A stretch of 64,000 nucleotides of DNA, from IMG/VR virus record IMGVR_UViG_3300021422_000208, positions 716-64,715 of that record; one strand, 5' to 3'. Under the pieces are notes generated by a model that did no database searches, was not told the DNA's origin, and saw only the letters and a list, made by a program, of their open reading frames with translations. This document shows, piece after piece, positions 8,899 to 17,581 of the stretch. A program made the translations under genes and the position numbers. Each line of letters starts with the position of its first letter. Position 1 is the stretch's first letter. The DNA is from a virus.

Positions 8899-8930
8899 AA
8901 TAGCTACAAAATGGGCATTTTGTAGCTATT
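8899..8930. repeat. Inverted repeat, 15-bp arms, 2-nt loop
   Basis: AATAGCTACAAAATG gg CATTTTGTAGCTATT. Confidence 0.9.
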
Positions 8931-8944
8931 TGGGTGCTAAAATT

Positions 8945-8952
8945 TATAAATA
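8945..8952 (+). promoter_or_regulatory. T4-type late promoter TATAAATA
   Basis: Full consensus upstream of the head core gene. TAAATA cores also occur at 8635, 8879, 17663, 18681, 24748, 30112, 34960, 55866, 60834, 61560, 63359 and 63780 (+) and at 51868, 55237 and 55860 (-), each just before a structural or nuclease gene. Confidence 0.75.
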
Positions 8953-8996
8953 ACGTAAATATAATACAGCCTTATAACAAATTACAGGAGATTGAC

Positions 8997-9860
8997 ATGA
9001 GTGATAGAGTACAATTTGAAGCTATGCTTGAAGCTTTGATCAATGAGGATCAAGCAGCAGCAAAAGAGATTTTCCATAACATCGTGGTCAATAAATCTCG
9101 CGAAATTTATGAAGAATTATTAGAATCTGACTTTGGTCCTGAAGAAGACGAAGATGAGGACGAAGATGAAGATGAAGACGAAATTGCTGATGATTCAATC
9201 GACACCAGTAATCCATTTGGCGCAACTGATGACGACGAAGAACCTGAAGAAGACGAAGACGAAGGTGAATTATCAGATAGAGTTATGGATTTAGAAGATG
9301 CTCTGGAAGACTTGAAACAAGAATTCGAAGAATTGATGGCTGGCGAAGAAAATGAGCCAGAACATGCTGATATGTTTGGCGGCGAAGAAGAAGAAGGCGA
9401 AGACTTCGATACTGAAGACGATGAATTTGGCGGCGAAGAAGACGAATTTGGTAGTGAATTGCCCGATGACGAAGATGAAGTAAAAGAAGTCCATATGTAT
9501 CATCACGATGGCGATAAGAATAAAGAAAATGATGAATTTGAACAATTTATGGAATACGTGAACAAAGTTTCTTTACCAACACATGGTGACAATGGTGTTC
9601 AAACACGTAGTGCTATCGCGGGTAAAAATGATATGGGCGGTACCACTGCTAATATCACTAAAAGCTTCGCTACCCAAAAGGGTGGTACACAAGGTGGCTT
9701 ATTGAATCCAAGTACACGACCACAAACTGGTGGCAATATCAATGTACCAGGTGCTAAAAGTGCTTCAAAATTAAAACCAGTTGGTAAAGGTCATGGCGCT
9801 GAAAAGAAAGGCACTAGTGATAAACCTGCTAATGACAGAAGCATGATAGGCAGTAGATAA
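8997..9860 (+). CDS. Highly acidic prohead core protein (gp67/gp68-like position)
   Basis: GGAG RBS then MSDRVQFEAMLEALINED; long D/E tracts; upstream of the protease. Confidence 0.7.
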   Translation: MSDRVQFEAMLEALINEDQAAAKEIFHNIVVNKSREIYEELLESDFGPEEDEDEDEDEDEDEIADDSIDTSNPFGATDDDEEPEEDEDEGELSDRVMDLEDALEDLKQEFEELMAGEENEPEHADMFGGEEEEGEDFDTEDDEFGGEEDEFGSELPDDEDEVKEVHMYHHDGDKNKENDEFEQFMEYVNKVSLPTHGDNGVQTRSAIAGKNDMGGTTANITKSFATQKGGTQGGLLNPSTRPQTGGNINVPGAKSASKLKPVGKGHGAEKKGTSDKPANDRSMIGSR

Positions 9861-9863
9861 GAA

Positions 9864-10490
9864 ATGTTACATCTCCGGGAACATCTTAGTTTTAATGAAG
9901 CTAAAATGATCGTTGAATCGGATGATAAGGATGGCAAAAGTTTGTATATGAGTGGTATTTGTATACAAGGTGGCATCCGAAATGCCAATCAACGTGTATA
10001 CCCCGTTAATGAAATTGGCAAGGCTGTCAAAACACTGAATGACCAAATACAAAATGGCTATTCAGTGCTCGGCGAAGCCGATCATCCAGATGATCTTAAA
10101 ATTAACCTAGATCGTGTGTCACATATGATAACAAGCATGTGGATGGACGGTCCAAATGGTTATGGTAAATTAAAAATTTTACCAACCCCAATGGGCCAAC
10201 TCATAAAAACTATGCTGGAAAGCGGTGTTAAATTGGGGGTCTCATCACGGGGATCAGGAAACGTCAGTAGTGACGGTTCAAATGAAGTATCAGATTTTGA
10301 GATTATCACAGTGGATATGGTAGCACAACCATCCGCTCCAGGCGCATACCCAACGCCTATTTATGAACATTTATTGAATAGCCGTGGTGGATATAATGCA
10401 ATGCGAGTGGCAGGTGAAGTCACCGGTGATCCAAGAGCACAGAAATATCTCAAAGAAACCCTATTGTCACTGATAGGTAATCTAAAATGA
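9864..10490 (+). CDS. gp21: Prohead protease (gp21-like)
   Basis: NANQRVYP, LGEADHP, LGVSSRGSG and DMVAQPSAPGAYP motifs. Confidence 0.92.
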   Translation: MLHLREHLSFNEAKMIVESDDKDGKSLYMSGICIQGGIRNANQRVYPVNEIGKAVKTLNDQIQNGYSVLGEADHPDDLKINLDRVSHMITSMWMDGPNGYGKLKILPTPMGQLIKTMLESGVKLGVSSRGSGNVSSDGSNEVSDFEIITVDMVAQPSAPGAYPTPIYEHLLNSRGGYNAMRVAGEVTGDPRAQKYLKETLLSLIGNLK

Positions 10491-10506
10491 ACAGGGAGAA
10501 TCACAC

Positions 10507-11595
10507 ATGTTGGATGCATTAAATAAATTATATGAAGGCAATGTGATTTCAGGGGAGATCAAAGAGACGATAGTAGCAGCATGGGATACTCGGGTAACCG
10601 AAAATCGTGAACAAGTTGCTACACAATTGCGAGAAGAATTTGCCCAAAAATACGAACACGACAAAAATACTATGGTTGAAGCAGTAGATCGTATGATCTC
10701 TGAACAATTGGTTAGTGAAATTGGCGAGTTTGCTGATGATCGTAAGCAATTAGCAGAAATGAAACTTAAATATGCTAGGAAAATTTCAGAAAGTGCTGGA
10801 GTTATGAAAAAATTCGTAACTCGTCAGTTAGCCAACGAAGTTAAAGAATTGCACGAAGATCAACAACAAATGGTTAGTAGATTTGGCAAACTTGAAAATT
10901 TCGTAGTTGAAGCTCTTGCTCAGGAAATTACAGAGTTTTATACAGACAAAGAAGATTTAGCCGAAACTAAAGTTCGTCTACTCCGAGAAGGTCGCCGCGA
11001 AATTAAAAAAGTAAAAGAACAATTCGTTCAACGCGCAGCAAAAATGGTCGAAAACGTAGTCGGAAATGGCCTTAGATCCGAAATTACCGCACTCAAAGAA
11101 GACATAGAAGCAGCTCGTCGTTCTGAATTTGGCCGCAAGTTATTCGAAGCATTTGCCTCAGAATACCAAACTAGCTACCTAAATGAAAAATCAGAAACTG
11201 CCAAACTACTTTCAGTAATTTCTATGAAAGACCTGGCCATGCAAGAAGCAGCTACTGCCGTGGTTAAAGCAGGTCAAATCCTAGAAAGTAAACAAGCAGA
11301 AATTCGCAAGTTAAAAGCAGTACAGGAAAGAAAAGAAATCATGGGCGAACTATTATCTCCGTTAAACGCAGAGCAACGTTCAATTATGGGTGAATTAATG
11401 GAAAGCGTAAAAACCTCGAAACTTAATGAAAGTTTTGAAAAGTATCTACCAGCAGTCGTTGCTGGAAAAGCCCCCGTAAAGAGGCAAGTGCTTTCAGAAG
11501 CTAAAGAAATAACTGGAAATAAAATTTCCAAAACTACTCGTAGCAGCGAAACGGAATCAAATATTTTTGATATTCGTAGACTCGCTGGGCTTTAA
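10507..11595 (+). CDS. gp22: Prohead core scaffold (gp22-like)
   Basis: Coiled-coil E/K-rich protein between protease and major capsid, ending IRRLAGL. Confidence 0.8.
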   Translation: MLDALNKLYEGNVISGEIKETIVAAWDTRVTENREQVATQLREEFAQKYEHDKNTMVEAVDRMISEQLVSEIGEFADDRKQLAEMKLKYARKISESAGVMKKFVTRQLANEVKELHEDQQQMVSRFGKLENFVVEALAQEITEFYTDKEDLAETKVRLLREGRREIKKVKEQFVQRAAKMVENVVGNGLRSEITALKEDIEAARRSEFGRKLFEAFASEYQTSYLNEKSETAKLLSVISMKDLAMQEAATAVVKAGQILESKQAEIRKLKAVQERKEIMGELLSPLNAEQRSIMGELMESVKTSKLNESFEKYLPAVVAGKAPVKRQVLSEAKEITGNKISKTTRSSETESNIFDIRRLAGL

Positions 11596-11612
11596 ATTTA
11601 AGGAGAAATTAA

Positions 11613-12779
11613 ATGTCAGAACTACTTAATGGCCGTTGGGCGGAAACTAAAGAAGCCCTATTAGAAGGTCTACAAGGCACTAAAAAATCAGTAATGGGTG
11701 TAACATTAGAAAACACTCGTAAATATTTGCTAGAATCACCAACGGCAGGTGCTACTTCTGCTGGCAATGTCGCAACATTGAATCGCGTTATTTTGCCAGT
11801 TATTCGTCGTGTGATGCCAACCGTCATCGCTAATGAATTGGTTGGCGTACAACCAATGACTGGCCCAGTTGGTCAAATCCACACTTTGCGGGTTCGTTAT
11901 TCTGATACATCAGCATCAGCTGGCGTTGTGTCCGGTGAAGAAGCATTGAGTCCATTTAAAATTGCCGAAGCCTACTCCGGTAGCGCAGCTGGTAAAGCAG
12001 CGTCAACTGCCACTTTAGAAGGTCAAGCTGGAAACAGGATGAGTATCCAAATCTTGAAACAAACTGTCGAAGCAAAAACTCGTAAATTGAGTGCTCGTTG
12101 GACATTTGAATCAGCGCAAGATGCCCAAGCTCAGCAAGGTATCGATGTCGAAGCAGAAATTATGGCTGCTTTGGCCCAAGAAATCACTGCTGAAATTGAC
12201 CAAGAAATCTTAGCTTCATTGAGTTCATTAGCTGGTTCAGCTTCGCAAACTTATGACCAAGCTAATGTTTCAGGTACTGCTACTTTCGTCGGTGATGAAC
12301 ATGCTGCTTTGGCTATCCAAATCAATCGTGTTTCTAACTTGATTGCACAACGTACACGTCGTGGCGCAGGTAACTGGGCAGTCGTTAGTCCGTTTGCTTT
12401 GACTATCCTGCAATCTGCTACTACTTCGGCTTTTGCTCGTACTACTGAAGGAACTTTTGAAGCACCTACAAATACAAAATTTGTCGGTACATTGAATAAC
12501 GCACTGAAAGTATACGTAAATAGCTATGCTAACGATTCAACTCCTATCCTAGTCGGTTATAAAGGTGGTTCTGAATCTGATGCTGCTGCTTTCTACTGCC
12601 CATATATCCCATTGATGTCAAGTGGTGTAGTATTAGACCCATCTACATTTGAACCAACTGTTAGCTTCATGACACGTTATGGCTATGTTGAATTGTCTAA
12701 TGTTGCAAGTAGTCTTGGGAATGCTGCAGACTACTTGGGTAAAGTCGCAATTACTGATGGAAATGTTAGATTTAGTTAA
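11613..12779 (+). CDS. gp23: Major capsid protein (gp23-like, compact 388 aa)
   Basis: ILPVIRRVMPTVIANELVGVQPMTGPVG, VEAKTRKLSARWT, FYCPYIPL and FMTRYG motifs; AAGGAG RBS. Confidence 0.95.
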   Translation: MSELLNGRWAETKEALLEGLQGTKKSVMGVTLENTRKYLLESPTAGATSAGNVATLNRVILPVIRRVMPTVIANELVGVQPMTGPVGQIHTLRVRYSDTSASAGVVSGEEALSPFKIAEAYSGSAAGKAASTATLEGQAGNRMSIQILKQTVEAKTRKLSARWTFESAQDAQAQQGIDVEAEIMAALAQEITAEIDQEILASLSSLAGSASQTYDQANVSGTATFVGDEHAALAIQINRVSNLIAQRTRRGAGNWAVVSPFALTILQSATTSAFARTTEGTFEAPTNTKFVGTLNNALKVYVNSYANDSTPILVGYKGGSESDAAAFYCPYIPLMSSGVVLDPSTFEPTVSFMTRYGYVELSNVASSLGNAADYLGKVAITDGNVRFS

Positions 12780-12806
12780 TTAAATTATTTTAATAATTTA
12801 ACCCAT

Positions 12807-12830
12807 AAAAGCCACCCTTGGGTGGCTTTT
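12807..12830. terminator. Bidirectional intrinsic terminator
   Basis: AAAA GCCACCC tt GGGTGGC TTTT, between gp23 and the convergent minus-strand ORFs. Confidence 0.9.
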
Positions 12831-12841
12831 ATGTTTCCTAC

Positions 12842-13015
12842 TTATTTTAATTTACAATTATCACCGTACCATCTGACATGCATGCCAATACTTGTAAGTT
12901 TCCCGCAGTGAACACACGTTGCTTTTTGTTGTGATGGATGTGTACCATTAGCTAACATCTTAAGGTTTGTAGCAGCCCCTGTGACATTATGAGTACCTGC
13001 TGAAAATTTACTCAT
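12842..13015 (-). pseudogene. Homing-endonuclease C-terminal fragment (CxxC zinc-ribbon-like tail)
   Basis: 57-aa ORF MSKFSAGTHN...NGTHPSQQKATCVHCGK...RWYGDNCK, similar in pattern to the tail of the 55195-55437 remnant. Confidence 0.55.
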
Positions 13016-13016
13016 G

Positions 13017-13268
13017 TTAGTTGCCTATTCGTTGATATTTAAAAAAGTCTCCTGATCTCATGGCTTCGTGATCTGAAATATCAGGACAGTAACCGTAACA
13101 ACTACGGTTGTTCTTCAGATACTCCCCCGCACTGACCATCTTGCTTAATGCTTGTTCTTGCTTTGGGGAACACCAACCTTGCTTCTCAACACTACAGCCG
13201 AACAATCTATAACCAAAGCCAAGGTTTTTTGCTTTTTCTATTGTATCTATCTGATATTCTGTAAACAT
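13017..13268 (-). CDS. Hypothetical protein (83 aa)
   Basis: GGAG RBS before MFTEYQIDT at 13268. Confidence 0.6.
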   Translation of the reverse strand: MFTEYQIDTIEKAKNLGFGYRLFGCSVEKQGWCSPKQEQALSKMVSAGEYLKNNRSCYGYCPDISDHEAMRSGDFFKYQRIGN

Positions 13269-13339
13269 GGCGTATTCTCCAGGTTTGTTTACCATAATGA
13301 TCACGCAGATATCGTCATTCTAATTAATGCCGGTTCATC

Positions 13340-13469
13340 TATTGCATATTCAAGAATTTCTCTGGTGAGAGTGGATTTATCTAATATGGATCTAGGCCAT
13401 TTCTGTACCATGCCTACCGATGTAATACTTTCCATTTACATGAGTTGTTTTGTAAATAATGCACTTCAT
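13340..13469 (-). pseudogene. GIY-YIG endonuclease N-terminal remnant
   Basis: MKCIIYKTTHVNGKYYIGRHGT then stop (13392); DKSTLTREILEY continues in another frame. Confidence 0.65.
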
Positions 13470-13541
13470 TTCACTTATTACTTTTTTCCGTATTTTCATA
13501 TATTCAATAATCCTAATTAAATAATAATTTAGATGATGTTA

Positions 13542-13570
13542 ATTATAACGTGATTATCAAACAAATACAA
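13542..13570 (-). promoter_or_regulatory. Possible sigma70 promoter
   Basis: TTGTAT-17-TATAAT pointing at the GIY-YIG remnant. Confidence 0.45.
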
Positions 13571-13754
13571 GGGGAAATTATATTATTAGAAGGTGTGATA
13601 ATTAGATCTCCATCCTATATTAGTGGGTGGTTATGTGAGGGAACTAAAGTTCCCTAGTGGCATCGCATAGTTCTACCAGAATCGCTATCGCTCACTGGTT
13701 TCACTATTGCTCTCCCACATTTCTTTTCTTTTAATTTTTTAAAGATAATAATGC

Positions 13755-13825
13755 TGTTATAATAATCTCTAAAGTAATTTCTATGATGATCTCTATGATG
13801 ATGTTATAATAATTTCTAAAGTAAT
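13755..13825 (+). repeat. AT-rich direct repeats TGTTATAATAAT(C/T)TCTAAAGTAAT x2 enclosing TCTATGATGAT x2
   Basis: Copies at 13755-13778 and 13802-13825 (23/24 identical); 11-mers at 13780 and 13792. Confidence 0.85.
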
Positions 13826-14350
13826 AATGGTAGAAGTGGTTTCTTTACCACTATCTTCATGTAGATTACGAGCACTACTTTGCCTATGAAAGACAAAGTA
13901 ATAAAATTTTTTGCTTCGTTCCTCATGTGAGTTGACTTCGCACTAGCGTTAGGACTACTATATATCACACGTCTATTACTGGTATTAATATAAACTACTG
14001 ATTTGTAATTTCCTATTAACCATTTTTAATACATGTATTTAAATGATATATAACGCAGGCGGTCATCCGGTACCTGCTCATCCCGTCTTTGAATATGACG
14101 GCGGCTATTATACAAACGCTAAGTTCTTGCATAATAACGTAGGGCATTGATTGCCCTTCTTTTAGCCTTTTTTAGTACCAAATACAACTAAAACCAATTA
14201 ATATGAAGGCATATCTGGTCGTCGTCCTGTTAAGGATAGTTAGTTGCATCACTGCTACAGCGCAGCATTCCCTCAATGCGGAGTACATCCCATTGCCAAG
14301 GGCACCTATTTGAATTACCGGTGCGAGTTTTATCTGTAGTAAATTAATCA

Positions 14351-14471
14351 GCCTAAGTTTGTTCGTTTCTTGCCTGGGTTTTTTGTACTGCTGCCTAGAG
14401 TTTTTGTCTTGCTTCCCTGATATGCCACCGCGACTAGTTGTTCGTGCCTAGAGTTTTTGTCTAACTGCCTA
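14351..14471. repeat. Phased GCCT(A/G) repeat array, including an exact 18-bp repeat TGCCTAGAGTTTTTGTCT x2
   Basis: Motif starts at 14351, 14372, 14393, 14446 and 14467 (spacings 21, 21, 53, 21); exact copies at 14392-14409 and 14445-14462. Confidence 0.85.
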
Positions 14472-14480
14472 TAAGTACCG

Positions 14481-14509
14481 ATTATACATGAAAGCATAAT
14501 CGGTGTCAA
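14481..14509 (-). promoter_or_regulatory. Perfect consensus sigma70 promoter overlapped by a 9-bp inverted repeat
   Basis: TTGACA (14509-14504), 17 nt, TATAAT (14486-14481); ACCGATTAT (14477-14485) / ATAATCGGT (14496-14504). Confidence 0.85.
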
Positions 14510-14564
14510 GCTTTATTTTAAATTATTTTGAATTAAGTTGAATTAAGTTCATAATAGGTATGTA

Positions 14565-16133
14565 TTATTTCACCCATCGTTTTTTACCGCAGTCCCATAT
14601 TTTTAATAATCCTAATTCTTTAGTAATTTCTATTACTGATTTGTTGATGGTGTCATGACCTTTATCTTTTAGTTTTTGTTTTGAAAAGTTAAATCGGTGG
14701 TATAGATGTTCACTGCGTGGGGTCACGTACCAATAGCTAGGTGGTATTTCTCGTTCTAGGGTAAATCCCAGTATTTTGTATAAATTCCCATCACTCCATT
14801 CGTTATCTGAGTATGAGACTATTTTTGTTGGGTTATGTAATTTTATAAAGTGGTGTAATAATCGACTGGCGCCACCCATTACTCTATGTGATGAGGCATA
14901 TCTTATTAATTCGACACCATCTTCGAAATTGCCTATTCCTATTCTAGATTTGCCAAAGGTCATTAGGCTGACTAATTCATCATTATATACTAGGCCATAC
15001 TTGAATGAGCTAGCGGCGTATCCTTGAACGTGATTAGCGGTTAAGAACTGTTTCGCGATGGTTGCATCTATTGATTTAATTTTACATTTCCTAGCATGTA
15101 TGGCAGTTGGTGATATTCCTATTTTATTGACAAGTGCTTGTTTAACTATTGGTTTTTTAAGATTCCAGAAATTAGAAAATATTGTTATTAATTGGATGTT
15201 TAGATCTGCGCATTCTTTGAATTTTTCATAGTGGTATGTTTTGGTTATGTGTGAAATTGCTTCATGATGCCAGTATACGCCGTTATATTCTATTGCGATA
15301 TTAAAATCTGGGAGGTATATATCAATCTCCCGTCTACTTGGTAATAATTTTCTAGTATTTTGTATGATATTAGTAACGCCGAGTTCATTTAAAAATCTTA
15401 TGATTTCCCGTTCTGGTTCACTTTTAAAAGGTTCTCGTAATTTATGTAAATTTAGGTATCGATATATTGTTTGTACATGAACCTCCAGTAAGGTGGCTAA
15501 TTCATATGGGTTCATTGTTTGGTATAATTTTTCTAATTCGGCTTTGTCATTTAAAATAAATAGATTTGGGTTATTATAACGTTCGACCCAGTATGCTGTT
15601 TTATATTTTTCTTTATATGTTGCCTTCATTTTATCTGCGTTATTGTATGAAGCATTGCCATATTTGATTAATTTAGTATTAGCTACTTTTTTGACAATAT
15701 TAGCAACTTTCCCGGCATTGGTATATGTGGCATTGTGTGATTGAATGGCATTGATTGATTGGCCAACGTTGGGTACGCCGTATTTTTCAAGGTTAGTGGT
15801 AGATCGTTTGTTATTAGTTATTAATTTATTGGCGATGGTAGTTTTTGATTTTGTAATTGAAACGCCATTGCTGACTAATTCATTAGTGCATTTGCATACA
15901 CTTGCTCTGCCGCATCCAATAAATCCAGTTGATATTGAATTAAATTTTTTAACGTTTCCATATTTACAAATATTTGATTGTTGGTATATGGCACTGAATA
16001 TATTTGCTGGTAGGTAGTCGGATATTATTAACGAATGTTCTGTAACCCAGTTTAGTAAATCGGCATTGTTAGTGATTAGTTTAGCGTAATGTTTTGGTTT
16101 ATTGGTTATTAATGTTATGATTTCAGCCTTCAT
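14565..16133 (-). CDS. Hef-like putative homing endonuclease (PD-(D/E)XK nuclease plus GNAT/Mom-like C-terminal domain)
   Basis: EKYGVPN/KYGNASYNN repeats, EIDIYLPDFNIAIEYNGVYWH, IHARKCKI..FLTANHVQG, GGASRLL..VSYSD..YKILGF, IWDCG. Confidence 0.75.
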   Translation of the reverse strand: MKAEIITLITNKPKHYAKLITNNADLLNWVTEHSLIISDYLPANIFSAIYQQSNICKYGNVKKFNSISTGFIGCGRASVCKCTNELVSNGVSITKSKTTIANKLITNNKRSTTNLEKYGVPNVGQSINAIQSHNATYTNAGKVANIVKKVANTKLIKYGNASYNNADKMKATYKEKYKTAYWVERYNNPNLFILNDKAELEKLYQTMNPYELATLLEVHVQTIYRYLNLHKLREPFKSEPEREIIRFLNELGVTNIIQNTRKLLPSRREIDIYLPDFNIAIEYNGVYWHHEAISHITKTYHYEKFKECADLNIQLITIFSNFWNLKKPIVKQALVNKIGISPTAIHARKCKIKSIDATIAKQFLTANHVQGYAASSFKYGLVYNDELVSLMTFGKSRIGIGNFEDGVELIRYASSHRVMGGASRLLHHFIKLHNPTKIVSYSDNEWSDGNLYKILGFTLEREIPPSYWYVTPRSEHLYHRFNFSKQKLKDKGHDTINKSVIEITKELGLLKIWDCGKKRWVK

Positions 16134-16141
16134 ATATTCTC

Positions 16142-17581
16142 CTATGTGTGTAAAATAAAGATTTCATTGCCGCAGTCCCAGTAGCGTCTATAATTTGCGT
16201 TGAACATATTTACTGCTTCGGATAAGTTAGGGTCGAAGGTAGTCAGCCATTTTTGTAAATTTGATTTTTGACTTTTGTATCTACTGATTACATTATTGCC
16301 ATTGGTCCAAATATAGCCTGGTTTTGTTGTTCCGATTGAATTGAATCCAGCTTTTGTATATCCAATGCCAGTGCCCTTGGCTAGATCGCAATAGCTGACG
16401 ATGACTGACGATGGGTATAATTTTTTTAAGTAGGATATTAACTTACTGACCCCGCCATTTACTGTTGTATCAGATTTGGCGCACATTCGCAATAATTCAT
16501 AATCATATGCTGTGTTAAATCGTGATTTTCCGATGGACATCATCATTACTAATTCAGATTTATAAAATAGGCCAAATGCTGATGTGGATGCGATGAATCC
16601 TTGGATATGATATTTTTCTAGGAATTCTCGTTCGATTTTTTTATCTATAATTTGGATAGTGCATTGTCTTGCGTGAATTCTTGAATTCAGACCGGTTCGT
16701 GAACGGATGATTGATTTAATTATGTCTTGTTTAAATTTCCATTCGTAGTCGGTTATGTGAAGCAGTGTGACACCATTTTTGGCAGCATTGATTGTTTTGT
16801 TTATATGTTGATTTCTATCTTCTTTTTTCCCACTTGATGGATGATGACTATGCCATCTTAGTCCATTCACTTCAAATGCTAGGTTTAATGATGGAATTAC
16901 TATATCCAATTCTTTGGGTGCAATAATTAATCTATTTGATGCTTCGATAGTCAGCCCCATGCTTGTTATATATTTACCGATATGAATCTCATCGAGTGAT
17001 TTCAATGCGGTTGGTCTTATAATAAATTCAAATTTTCGACAATATTCTGCGACAGTTGAGTAATAAATATTTAATTCATCGGCTATATCTGTCAATGACC
17101 GTTTGTTAATGTTATATTCAGTGTTTAGCCAATGGTAATCAGTTAATTTTTCATGTGTGGATGACAATATTTTTGGTTTATTCCATATGTGTTTTTTATC
17201 TACGCGTTGGCTATTGAATGCAACTCCGTATTTTGACAGCATGGTAGCAATGCGTTTGGTATTTGAATTATTTTTATCTTCGTTGGTAATTTTTGATTTT
17301 GTCATTGTCATTGAAGATGAGATACTTTCGGCGGTACATTTGCAAACATTGGCTGGCCCGCATCCTAAAAACCCAGTGCTTATTCTATCAAACTTTTTGA
17401 GGTTTCCATATTGGCAAATATTTGATTGCTGGTATATGGCGCTAAAAATATTTGATGGTAGATGATCGGACATTATCAATGAGTTCTCGGTGATCCAATT
17501 GAGATATTCAGCATTTTTAGTAATTATTTTAGTGTAGTGTTTTGGTTTATTGGTTATTAATGTTAGAATTTCAGCCTTCAT
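16142..17581 (-). CDS. Second Hef-like putative endonuclease, paralogue of 14565-16133
   Basis: Near-identical N-terminus; ELDIVIPSLNLAFEVNGLRWH, IHARQCTI, GGVSKLI..VSYCD, YWDCG. Confidence 0.75.
   Translation of the reverse strand: MKAEILTLITNKPKHYTKIITKNAEYLNWITENSLIMSDHLPSNIFSAIYQQSNICQYGNLKKFDRISTGFLGCGPANVCKCTAESISSSMTMTKSKITNEDKNNSNTKRIATMLSKYGVAFNSQRVDKKHIWNKPKILSSTHEKLTDYHWLNTEYNINKRSLTDIADELNIYYSTVAEYCRKFEFIIRPTALKSLDEIHIGKYITSMGLTIEASNRLIIAPKELDIVIPSLNLAFEVNGLRWHSHHPSSGKKEDRNQHINKTINAAKNGVTLLHITDYEWKFKQDIIKSIIRSRTGLNSRIHARQCTIQIIDKKIEREFLEKYHIQGFIASTSAFGLFYKSELVMMMSIGKSRFNTAYDYELLRMCAKSDTTVNGGVSKLISYLKKLYPSSVIVSYCDLAKGTGIGYTKAGFNSIGTTKPGYIWTNGNNVISRYKSQKSNLQKWLTTFDPNLSEAVNMFNANYRRYWDCGNEIFILHT

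Larger units (their letters stand above)
13600..14474 (-). ncRNA. Candidate large structured non-coding RNA (or origin primer transcript)
   Basis: No ORF of 60 aa or more in any frame. It lies directly downstream of a perfect sigma70 promoter and has locally higher GC with many hairpins (e.g. 14055-14077, 14083-14101, 14141-14157, 14265-14279, 14302-14324). Confidence 0.5.

Noticed and set aside
9130-9480. GAAGAC/GAAGAT microsatellite-like runs
   Set aside because: They simply encode the D/E-rich tract of the prohead core protein.
14392-14462. Two 18-bp repeats around a 35-bp spacer as a mini-CRISPR or guide array
   Set aside because: The repeat is short and non-palindromic, there are only two exact copies, the other copies are 21 bp apart with no spacer, and there are no cas-like genes.
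13600-14474. Group I/II intron, tmRNA, tRNA or RNase P
   Set aside because: The region does not interrupt a gene, and I could not find domain V, P7, T-loop/CCA or tag-peptide hallmarks by eye. An Infernal search is still needed.
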